Assembly (NCBI GenBank): GCA_050084515.1
Contig: CM114271.1
Location: 49,228,001-49,292,000 of the forward strand
Reading direction: 5' to 3'
Length of the DNA: 64,000 nucleotides
Source: Blasia pusilla
Taxonomy: Eukaryota
Numbering within the stretch: the first letter of the stretch is position 1; every line of letters begins with the position of its first letter. Positions 48,804-60,471 of the stretch are shown one piece after another. Made by a program: the position numbers and the translations under genes. A model generated the notes under the pieces. The model did no database searches. It was not told the DNA's origin and was given only the letters and a program-made list of their open reading frames with translations.

Positions 48804-51800
48804 CTAATTGGAATTCGGTCTGCTGTACCTGTACCATCTGGCAGCGAGAAGATAGAGTAAGAAGTTGACGAAGCTGACGACTGCGAGCAGCCAGTAGAAG
48901 AGGTCCAAACGACCAGCATTGAAATCCTCCGCCAGCCACCCCTGACCTCCAGTGGCTTTCGTCGTGATTCCGTCCACAGCTTCAACGAAAACGCTGCTGA
49001 AGTAGAAACCAATCGCATGGGTGCACAAGGCTATGGCAGTGCCGGTGCTTCTCATGTTCACGGGCGACTCGTTGTAGCAGAAGTCGAGTTGTCCTACATA
49101 AGAGAACACCTCCCCAGCACCCACCAGAGTGTATTGTGGAAGAAGCCAGAAGGCACTGATATGGTAGTCGTGGCCAAAACGAGCGACAGAGCGACGCCTC
49201 TTCCTCTCGACCAGGGCTGCTGCAGCCATTGCAATGACGGATATGAATTGACCTATTCCAATTCGTTGGAGTGTAGTAATGCCTTGGGATCTTCCACTGA
49301 AATGATGGGCGATCCGCACGAAAACTTGATCATACAGAACCACCACGGCCATGATACTGAGTGGGAGAAAGGTGGAGAAGGAAGCTGGAGGGATCTCAAA
49401 ACTGGAGCCCAATCTCCGATCCATCATTTGCGCTTGCAGGACGCTGAAGGTGGTCATCTGAGCGTATACAGTCCAGAACATGAATGTGGTCAACTGAATC
49501 GCGGAGACTCGAATAAGGAGTTTGACCTCTTCCACTTGGGTTACAGTTATCGGATTCTGAGGTCGTGCACCATGATCATCATCATTATTTGGCGTCTTCG
49601 AGTCGTCTGATTTCTCCGCGCAAGCGATTGGGTGTCGGACGATTGCAGCTTTACTGAGAAATCTGTACATTTGCAAGTCACATGTGGTCAACATTTGGTG
49701 ACGTTCATTAGAACTCTACCGGAAGTCTGTCAGAAGCAAGGTTGATCAATCGGGCGAGGAAAGTCATTGCTTTAAACGCATGCTCAGTCGATTAGTGTTG
49801 AGATTCGACTAGAGCAATGCAAACATATGCACTCAAGATTCAGCCCCAGTGGCTGTGCAGCTATTAAGAAGACTGTATGTCATGAGTTGAAGCAGAACCG
49901 ACCGAATTCATCACAGGTCGATTCACTTTCAATCTTCTTAGCACTTTAAAGTAAGGAAATTGTTGGATTCATTGGGCAGCTAGTTGAAGTTTACTTTACC
50001 CCACGTCAAACCAAATCAAGGAAATTAACCATGCACGATACTTCATCATATTCGAATGCGAGATGAAACTTCCTCATGCTCCTCAACTGGAATCACAAGT
50101 AGGATTTATCGCTATGCAGCTGTAAAACGCTATCAAGTCTAAGAAGTGATATGTCCGAAATCTTACCGGAACTGGTTTGTGTGTGCGATGCCCTGGCGAT
50201 CTCCTGTCGGCTGCCAGTCACAGAAGACTACATCGTAGGAGTTCGAATTCAAAGGCATTTTCAGGTTGTGATTCCGGAATGCTGCTACGAAGACACGAAC
50301 AACTTGAGACAAAGGGCTTCCTTTGGCCGTCGTACTATATCTGTATAGCTTCCTGCCGGAAAAGAAGGCGAGCACAGACACGACCATGAACGACGCAGTG
50401 ATGCCAAAACCCCAGCTCCGACCGAGTCTGTCTTGGAGATATACTAAGATCGTCGCTGCGAACAGAGATCCCAGATTGATGTGAAAGAAGAACCAGTCGA
50501 AGAAGGTATCCAATTGTTTCGTTTCCTTACTATCGTGGGGATCAAACTGATCCGCTCCGAAAGGTGAGACTCATGCTTTGATACCTCCGGCCCCGAGAGC
50601 TATCAGGTATAGTGCTGTGTACAGCAACGCAAGCTGAAAACCATGGGTTTCTTCACACGGAATTGAATCCGTCGGGCTGCATTTCGGAACTTGAAACGTA
50701 GGCAGCGATGCAGAGATGGTGATCAGAAATAGACCCTGTGATCGCAGGAATCAGTTCCAAAATTTGATATCATTTATACATCATCAGCGATCTGTCTCTC
50801 GATTCGAGCAACAGAGACAATCATTTTAACTGCTTTCAATTCCATTTGTGAGAATTCATTCAGTATAACGTGCTCTAGTCCAGCTCGTTGTTAGTGTAAA
50901 ACGCTCGAGTGAATTCATTCAAATTGAATGAGATCCTGATTGCGCTATATCTGATGTTCTCAAGACATGTGCCAGGAAGAAATTCAATTACTGACTTTGG
51001 AGGGCGATCATTGAAGTGTGCAGTGCAATACTAGCTACATACAAAAGCTTCAGATGTAAGTCGATAATAATCAGATTTTAGAGTGGATGCAATTAATTTC
51101 GAAATGGAACATGTTCAATCTTGGGTGCATGGCATGCATTTGCAAACGATCCATGAATTAAGAATATGAATGGAATGTTACGGATCTGAGGAGGTATATG
51201 TGTACAGGGTAGCGTCAGTTCCAATCAGTTGAATTCAATACAATTTAGGGGTTGGTGTGGGTCTTTCATCCGTCGATGGGACGGGCGAAAAAGACATACC
51301 AGACATTCCACGGCACTGAAGCTGGCGATCGTCCAGAAACGACCTAACCAGGTGTCAGCCACGAAACCTCCAATCAAGCATGTAATCAAGGAAGTCCCCA
51401 ACACGTTCGTGGCCATATTTGCGGAATAGTTCCTGGGAAGATGGAGATCCCCCACTAGATAGGTCACGAGGTTGTTCAGGATCCCTAGGGCCGACATTCT
51501 TTCACACACTTCTGATCCTGCATCCATAAGCAGAAGGCACATCGATCATGTCCAGAAATCTAGGTGAATAAAAGTCCAAATTCAATTGTAAAAACTATAT
51601 ATCTTGATCATGACGAGATCTAGACTCTCGTGCATATGTAGATGATCCTAGGCTGCAGATCCTGATTAATTTAGGAAATAAGTTTGAAACTTTTCTGGAT
51701 TTGATCGATACCGCTTGCATGCTAAAGTATTCCTTCGCAATTTGTAGCATGCAAGCTACTTAAGATAGCTAATTTCTGAGCTTGTAATTAAATGAGCCCC

Positions 51801-52207
51801 ACTTACCAAGGATTAGAGGCATAGTTCGGCGGCCTCCAGTTTTATTATCCACCAGCATGCCGGTGCCTCTGTCGATTGAGGGTTCGACGTCATCATTTTC
51901 CACGAACTTGGTTGCATTTTGTGAGTTCTTAATATTAAATCCTTCTTCTGTTATTGTTTCCTGCACAAAGACGCAACGGATTTCAGACAAAATAATCAGA
52001 CTATGACGCATGACACTGCGTAGAACAGCGCGCCAAAGAGCAGTACCTAAGTGAGACGCATATATACAGAAGCCTTTGATGACCAATACAAGCAGATTTG
52101 ATGCGATCTCGATCGAGCCGAATAGGTGTTTCGAGATTATCTTTCCAAACAGAACTCGATCCGAGTGCACTTCGTCACAAATCGATTCTAACTTGACGCG
52201 CGCTCAT
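48804..52207 (-). pseudogene. NPF6: NPF (NRT1/PTR) transporter, NPF6/NRT1.1-like, with one premature stop. Exons 52207-52193, 51960-51807, 51517-51300, 50735-50167, 49662-48804
   Basis: ExxER motif (EVCERM), NLVTYL, GGFVADTWLGRFWT, GGIKA*VSPFGADQFD, FFDWFF, FWTVYAQ, LQRIGIG, WLLPQY, GRLDLFYWLLA. All introns are GT-AG with consistent phases (605 codons). TGA at 50571-50573. The 15-nt first exon is less certain. Confidence 0.9.
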
Positions 52208-55200
52208 TGTCACGCTACTTCTTCCGTTAGTCCAGTTCAGAAGCGTATACGTCGACCGAGGCTTCGGCACATCTATATCAAATATATAATCCCTCGAGTT
52301 TAGACGCCGCCCCTCATTTATATTTATGTATATTCATGTATATAAGGAAGCAGGTACGGCGTCAACGCAGTAAAGCCAATTGGACAGGAAGCGGCACAAA
52401 CGTGTATCCGAGAATCATCGGATAAGCTCCAATCGTCATTAACTGTGATTGATCATGAACTTACCATTGGATTTCGACCGAAAGCTATAACTTACGCACG
52501 ATCGAGAACTCTGGATCGGTAACTAAGCATGGGTCAGGGTGTGACATCTCATGTTCACCCATCGGCCGTTCAAACGTTGCTCTGGGTTTCACCATACAAG
52601 TGTGACAGGCGATTCTTACACCCGTCCTTAATACCAAAATTTATGGTGAGGAGAAACTGAAGAAAGATCTTGACCATGGAATTCAACGGTCCACGCATAC
52701 ACTCGATGTTTGACATAATTTACTTACGTGGTAAGTACTGCGGTTGTCTGATCTTTAGTCGCGTTCACACATCCACATCATAAGACCTCAGGAGAGACGA
52801 GATCTACGCCTAGACCTTCATCGATATCTGGTCCTGCCGGATATACATAGATAGATATCTAGATACCTGTTCCCGACCACGCTTTTCCATATGATATTCG
52901 AGTCGATGATTCGACGACTGAACGCCCAGTCAATCATCCCTTCTTTCCACCACGTTTGAGTATTGTCAGGTATGTCATACCCCGAATATGCCGTTGATTC
53001 GCTGCTTGGAAAGTACATATATAAAAGCACCGGTTGGGAGATTCGTTTAGGAAAGAAGGATGGAACTTGCCCGCCCGAAAATAACGGAATTGCAGGGGGT
53101 GATCTTCCATCATGTACTCCTTCGATATTCATCCTCGCTCCGCCCTGAAGCTCGAGTCGTTTTGGGACGCCACCAGTCAAACACACTGCGGAATGAGGCG
53201 CAGACAGAATCCTGCCAAGGAAGGGGTCGCTTAAGGGACGTATACGTGGTTGTAGATGTGTTGTAGCTAGCAACTACGTTTGCCTAGCTACCCGCCCCAT
53301 GGACATAAATAGAAGAACTTTTCTTTCCGGAGGGTTGGGCGACCTAGGTGGATGGAAGCTCTAGTCCGAGAACTCAAATTCCTTAGATCATCTGTGAAGA
53401 TGTGCGAGTTTATAGTCACGAGTCGGACTTCCTCCCGGGAAATTCATATGTACGTTCTAGTTTAAATTCGTAGCGGTGCGATCACGAATCCAAACGAGAC
53501 TCCATGCATTTCCGACATGGAAAGCCGATGAACATACAAAAATCTGCATGTGAACAGGCTGAATAGAAGCCAAAACGTTGTCCATTACAAGCTGAGTATA
53601 GGCGGCAGTGTAGACCTAAACAATCCTTGCGCTACATTTTTATTTATGTGAGCAGATACTGCTCTAGTCTACCGAACCGTACTCCCAGTAAATTGAAAGC
53701 TCGGGTTCATTAGTCCAAAAATTTCGGTTAAGCTCGCGCCCGTAGGGTTCCCACGGGCATCAACCCATAAGTACGTAGTTCGACGGCTGCCATTTGTGCT
53801 TGTCCGTCACGTCATTGAGAAGAGATAAAGAATCCGTATATTTATGCCTAACAATCGATATGTGCAAGTATAGGAATCACGGAAACGTGATTCTCATTGT
53901 ACTAATCGGAATCCGCTACGCATTAGTTAACGCATGACTTTAAAAAACAGCAGTGAGACATGCATGCACAAAATAAGATATTTGCAGTAGGATAACTGGG
54001 TGACGTGATGAATGTAACCGGTCGCCTGTCGTCAACTTCATAGTCAATCATCAAATCTTCACCATCCACTCTCGAGATATTGACGAGCGTGTCCGAGAAA
54101 TTTATGCATGAGTGAGCCGAGCTGTTTAACCTCTATTTCCATGACACCGACCTCAACCATATACGTCACATTTGGTTGTTTGGAGAACACCCCGTTGGTC
54201 GGCTAGAGAGATATCGTCTTGACGTTTTGATTTCTCTCATATAACAAGCGATGTGATTTCTCTACTCCTAGCACTGAGCGGAAAGCTATAAGCGATAGGC
54301 GCTGATGGATAGCTTTGTGCCAGTGAACTTGTCTGCAGTGGAAAGCTTAAGGTGCAATGTAAAGTAGTTAATTGTAAAACTTCAAATACCGGAATCAATA
54401 ATAATTTTGACCCCTGGAAGTGGATGGTAGGCGATATCCAATCAATTTAAGGTATTGCAGCTCTGTGTGGCGAGTTAACACATCGGGAATTCGAAGAGAT
54501 GAGTGATTCAAGGGAGACTATATTCCTCTCTACCTAGCTACCTAACCTAAGTTCATGATGAGATGAGAAGAGAGATCCGAAAGAAAATGAAAAATGAGAG
54601 TAAAGTTAAGATAGTGGGATATTTTTTTATTTGACCACGGTGTATCTTTGATATTTTCCTACACCCATCCTCATTACACTTCTTTCCAAGTGCGAACATT
54701 AAGCAACATTTTTGAGTGCATTATAGATTGGCATCATGAATCATTTGACATTTGTATTGCTTTGACCAGCGGATGATAGACCTAATGCAACTTGAGCAAC
54801 CCCCACCTTGGATTGTTTTGCAAGCTCATAAATAAGATGCAAACAAAGAAAAAAATTTCATCGAGTAGAGAGTAGGAAAGGCCCATTGACAAGGATAAGT
54901 GATCTATCTCATAAACTTTGTGAGTGATGTCTACACATGGAAAAAAAATGATTTACTCACGAGTTGATAGCTCCTTCATGGGTATGGGCTCTTGTCATAA
55001 TCACCCTATTCTCACCCTTTCACTATGGCACTTGTCAAAATGTCACTCTTGAAAAAAGGAAAATTTGATTCCATCAAGTACTCGTATGTACTTCTCAAAA
55101 GTTCTACTCTATCGAAGCTATGATCTAGTTGTGAATATATATAATAAATACTAGTAGGGAAGTAGTCTACATTATTATAAATATAATTTCAAAGAAAAAA

Positions 55201-55402
55201 ATGTTCACAAATAATGTCTTTCGTAACTAATGAGATGGCCAAGAATCACAAGTAATTAATATTAAACTTTTCTCTCTTATGTACATAAAATGTTTAATTT
55301 TCATATGGGAACGGGACAAATGATAGAAACCATATAAGGGATTCTCCATAATTTTAAGAGACACATAATTTATCTAATTTTACCTCATTTTAGGTGAGTT
55401 TT

Positions 55403-56082
55403 CAAGTTTGCATGAAAACTAATGTGTTCGTCTATGGATAGACACACCCAATGAGTCCCTTGTCTAGGTTTTTCTAGTACTCAATCATCCATGTAGGCTT
55501 GGGATACAAGAACAAATGTGGGATGAAGTCTATGCATGAAGAATCATGCATAGGCTTCATGTGGGCCTCTGCAAGCAAGGCGTGGGCTAAAAAATAGCTA
55601 GCAAGAATGGATAGTGGGTCGCTAGACTAGGGTGTCGGGTGTGCAAGCCTAGATCTATGTTGCGGGCGGTATGAGGATTAAGAACCCGAGCCATTCCAGA
55701 AATGACTATTTTACGCATGATTGCACAAAAACAGAAAAAATCTATCGTAGGATGGACATGGACAGACAAATTTGGACATGTCCATAGACGTGGATTGCAA
55801 AAGATGGGGTCCATATTTATAGTTTATGGTGTAAGCCAAGGCAAAGGCACGCGAGGCAATAAGAAGGAAGGGAGTGGAGGTGGAAAGGAGGAAGAAAGTT
55901 TAACTTGAAAATGTGGTTTATATAAGGTTGGTTGGGGGATGAGAAAGAAGAGGGAGATAGGACCCACATGGAAAAGTCCTTCTATAACGCACACATGGAT
56001 ATGTCCGCGGACATAGACTTTATCCATATGCAACCTTGATCCTAGGGACAAACATATTTGACTTTGTTTGTGTGCAAAATTA
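55403..56082. mobile_element. Degenerate long-variant hAT MITE hosting a nested copy
   Basis: Ends caagtttgca...tgtgcaaaatt. Internal similarity to 22205-22697. Confidence 0.55.
55716..56038. mobile_element. hAT-type MITE nested in a same-family element
   Basis: Ends catgattgcac...atgcaaccttg. Homologous to 57694-58028. Flanks match only 5/8. Confidence 0.8.
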
Positions 56083-57572
56083 TAATATATTTTTAATGAG
56101 GGATATCTCAAATTAAAACCTCAAATTGAATCCACTAACTAAAATAACCTTTTATCCAACCAATTTCGGATATATTTACCACCAAATGGGTACATTAAAT
56201 ACCCGAATATTTCCTACCAATTAGGTTTTTTCTTAGTCTCTTCATGCTATTTGATTGTGAGAAAAAATATGAGTGGTGTGGATATTAAAATAGAAATGAA
56301 TGGTGTGGATATTAAAATAAGAGTTTGCGAGAAGTACGTCAAGAAGTGATTTAGAATCATTTTAACTTATAGGATGCTCATAATGGTGGCTCCATGTTAA
56401 ATTTTTAATCAAATGGTTGAAAACCATCGAATCATGATTTCATAACCAACCAATTTTATTTTTGGTAGTTTATGCACACTCATAAAAAAATTACCAAGAT
56501 TTCCCACAATTCCTTTAATAACATAAGCCTCTTTATATGATCCCATGAAGAGATCACTCAAATTTTATTTAAAAGATATCTCAAAATATTTACTTAATGT
56601 TAGAAATAGCTTGGTGGCTTATAGCAAGTAATGGAAAGCTTGCAAGAAAATAAGAGCCAAGAAAATCATGATGGCTCATTATTTTCTAAGTAGTTTAATT
56701 TGGAACTCGCATAAATTATGTATGTGTGTTATCTTTACCACTAGATAGACATTAAAAATACCATCAATCATAGAAATGATTTGGAATCATTTTAACCTTT
56801 GAGAATGAGACCTCCAAATTAATTTTTTTGAGAGTGACATAATTTTATTTCAGATTTCTTAACATGGAAAATTTGATATAGTTTGATTGAAAGGAAAAAA
56901 ACTACAAAATTAATTTAGTTCCATAACATGGCCCTTCAAGATTCATCATTTTTTTAAGAAAAAAACTCCACCTCCAAAAAAAAATTTATAGAAGGAATAT
57001 TATTTTAATGAAACTAGAAAATTTAGGGGTTACTTTTAAAATACTCGCAATATTTCATTTTTTTGTTTGAGGAAAATTAAGAAGACATTAAATGATTGGA
57101 AAAAATAAAGAGTTTGCCAACGCTTATGAAAAACATGTGGATCTTGCTCATTCTTGCACCAAATTGGTAACGTGAGTTTTATAGAAATAGTCTAAGACTA
57201 ATATTTTTTCTTCTAAACTTATATTTGCAATAATTAATTTTTTTAGATATGAGCCTACGTGGAGAAATAGGGATATGAAAATTGATGGGTAAATGTGAAT
57301 TGATAAAATTAGAATATGGAATCTCATATTATTAATTATTAAACTTATTCAATTTATCCCAAATTACATGCGCCTACAACAAGAGCACTAGTGATTTGGA
57401 ATACAATCTATATAATTAAAAGAGGATGGGGTTAGAGGAAGCCCTCCTTAGGTGGTAACAAATATACTTTTAGGGTCCCTCTATTGTTGACACATATCCT
57501 CTTAAGGTCCTCCTATTGTTAACCAGTATCACTTAAAGGTAATAATTCTTAAACTAAGGAAAAATACTATCA

Positions 57573-57601
57573 CTCGTGCATCGCACAAGCAACATACTAC
57601 T
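57573..57601 (+). mobile_element. Possible decayed Helitron 3' end
   Basis: ctcgtgcatcgcacaag hairpin then caacatactac|t (CTAG-like) closing an AT-rich tract. Confidence 0.3.
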
Positions 57602-57604
57602 ATT

Positions 57605-58159
57605 AGGCGGGCCCGAGCCTGCCCTGCGGACTTGGTTGTGGGCCACGCAAGAGGTGCTCTGTGTAAGTCCGTCTGCCTGGGCCGGGTCTACACCATGGTT
57701 GCACAAAAACGGACAAGTCCTTCCTTAGGACGGACATGGATTGACAAGTTTGGACATGTCCACGGACATGGGTTCCAAGAGGTGGGACCCACACTTCTAG
57801 TCCATGATGGAAGGCAAGGCAAGGCAAGGATGAGAAGAGCAACGAGGGAGGAGGGAGTGGAGGTGGAGGGAGGAAGAAATGGGGGAGTATGAAAAACGAA
57901 GGCAAGTAAGGGAAATGAGAAAGAAGGGAAAGGTGAGGCCCACACGGACAAGTCCTTCCATAGGACGGACATAAGTCCACGGACATGGAAATGTCCACGG
58001 ACACGGACTTTTTCAACATGTAACCTTGGTCTACACGGCGGGCTCACGTGCAGGCCATATGTATCTATGCCCACACCCACATGTTCGTCCGTAGGATGGA
58101 CATAAGTCCGCAGACATGGACGTGTCTGTAGACAGAGACTTTGTCCGTGTGCAACCTTG
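57605..58159. mobile_element. Long-variant hAT MITE (left end lost) hosting a nested copy
   Basis: Right TIR gtccgtgtgcaaccttg. GC-rich internal part resembles 20847-21180. Confidence 0.65.
57694..58028. mobile_element. hAT-type MITE with perfect 8-bp TSD
   Basis: Ends catggttgca...tgtaaccttg, flanked by GTCTACAC (57686-57693 and 58029-58036). Confidence 0.95.
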
Positions 58160-58830
58160 AGTATAAAGGTACTTGTTTTAATTTGTCACAAGGTCTCATT
58201 AGGGTCATTTTTTATATCACTAGAAAGAGAATGGTTTAATTTATCATAAGCCTAGTTAGGTGAATTTTCATACAGGATTGTAACAATAATAAATATCCAA
58301 GTATTAAAATTTTTTGAGTGTGGAATATTCAAAAAGATTAAAATATAGAATATTAAGTGAGAGTGGGATCGCCTTAGCTCGATGATTTTTCAACAATATT
58401 TTGGATGTTTTTGGTTGATATTTTTGGGAAAACTTCCAATGTGCCCTTGGCTTTCTTAGTTTGTATTCCACTTTTGTGACTAGCTTGTATCATAATGTAA
58501 AAATCCTCTTGAAAAGTGCATGGAATGATGTGAATTCTTGGGCTAACTACTTTTGAACTATTTGTTGTTGTCCTATGAGAAAATTTAAGTGAGCCTAAAA
58601 TGTATCCTTTACATGCTTATTTTTTTTAGTCGATCATGCTCCTAGATCCTAAGAAGCTACTTTTCCCACTTAATATTTAAAGCTATCTAAAGCTTAATTG
58701 AAAAATATGATCTATAGGATACTAACTAAAGAATCTACAAAATAAGTGTTAAAAAACTCTTGGCAAGAGAACTATATCCATGGAATTCTATTATTTTCAT
58801 TTTCTAGTCGCAGACTAACATACAATGTGA

Positions 58831-59024
58831 AAGTTTGTGTATATAGAGTCCATCCTAGGGAGAGACATGTCTGTATAAGCCTGACCGCCGGCATCATACA
58901 CCACACCGTCCCCCCCTAGCTGGAAATCGTTGCCCATCCCTAGAACAGTGCAGAACGAGTGCGGTATGGCATGTCCGGACAAGTCCATCCCATGGACGGA
59001 CAAGTCCATTTCTTTGCAACCTTG
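58831..59024. mobile_element. hAT MITE family fragment
   Basis: Right end ggacaagtccatttctttgcaaccttg; left end degenerate. Confidence 0.6.
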
Positions 59025-60427
59025 TGTGTGATTGCATGAGATAATTGTGAAACGCAAATGGGAATTCTATTGTTATTATCATTTATTAGATATAGACAAT
59101 TGATAGTATTTGGTAATCTACTACGTACATAACTTATATCCACATCTCGAATATGATCAGACACAAACTTTCTACACCCATCTTTCACAACCCTCTCAAT
59201 CCTATCTTCTATTGCACACCCCTTTATAGGGATATCATCTACAAAAGGAATGGTTTTCTCAGGAATGAACTCTCTCAAGATCTTATTCATTGCACTCTGC
59301 ATGTGAGCGACAAAATTTGTTGCTCCTTGAGGTAATGTGCACATTCTTACAAGCCCAAGTGGTGTGCGCATAGTGGTAGTATCTCTACTCTCTGTAGCTA
59401 ATTGGAATCGATCATATCCCGAGTGCAAATCTCCTATAGAATAGATAGCACGGGCTGCAAAAGCTTCTGCGACTTCATCTATTCTAGGCCCCGCTCCCAT
59501 ATTTCGAATGGTTACCTTATTTTCCGGTTGCATATCTTGAATGAACCGGAGAGCTCCTGATTTCTTCGGCACAGTGAACCATCGACTCGAGTAAGGCCCC
59601 ATAGATGGCTCTAAGATACCCATCTGCATCTTCTCCTTCAATAACTCAATCAGCTTGGGAATCATAGCTCGTGGTATTGGTATCCCAAGGCACATGTGGA
59701 ACTGTGAAAATTACCATCGGTGCCACCACACTCATTTCTACACAACCAATTTCTTGTGTAGTAAAAGAGAAAGCCTTACCATGTCTCCTTCATATCTCCC
59801 GAAAGCATTTTCTTTCAATTTCTGTGAGAAACTCACCCCCTCCGATTTGCAGACGATCTAGCGTCTCTTCTGTGAACTTGTGTCCTATCTTCTTGACATC
59901 CCGCAGACTTGGCTCCATTGATGCACATTCTACTTGTCTCCCACAACCCTCTGGTAGTTGAGTAGCCATTGGATTCACCTTAAGACCTTTGTCTTGTATT
60001 TTGTGTGCACTTGTGCCTCCATGGGATGTTTGTCAGACTCAAACCCGTGCCCATCCGCTTCCTTCTCCGTAGATTCATATTCATTTTCTCCTTCCATGAA
60101 CCTTGATATCTCTTCATGCAACTCACGCGAGTGAATTGTAATCACCCTTGTATCCAGAAAATCGGTGTTCATCTGGGTAAACACCTCTTCAAGACTATCT
60201 CCAAAACCCTCTTCTTCATACATCTCACTAATGAACTCTTCATTTAATAGAACACCCTAACATTTTAACAAACCCTCCTTTTTTTTTTCATAAAACGTCT
60301 TTTCTTTTCATTCATTTCTTTCATCATTTGGAATCTACTAGACCACGAAGAAAAACATTGAGAAAACCCACACCTAAACATATACGATTCTTCCCCCTCT
60401 ACTAGCGGAAGACTCTTTCTTTTCTCT

Positions 60428-60471
60428 GCACCCCCATATTCTCGCTCTATAGGAGTGCTAACTAAAAATCC
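60428..60471 (-). promoter_or_regulatory. -1 ribosomal frameshift signal (slippery G GAU UUU + stem-loop)
   Basis: Minus strand: GGATTTT, 6-nt spacer containing the TAG stop, then 11-bp stem gcactcctata/tatgggggtgc with a 9-nt loop. Confidence 0.75.

Noticed and set aside
49017-49610. 197-aa plus-strand ORF
   Set aside because: Antisense to the last NPF exon; no independent motif.
52818-53273. 151-aa ORF upstream of the NPF gene
   Set aside because: No recognisable domain or exon structure; probably promoter DNA.
57603-58080. ORFs of 86-138 aa here, and similar ones at 4739-5080 and 55587-56111
   Set aside because: Chance ORFs within non-coding MITE copies.
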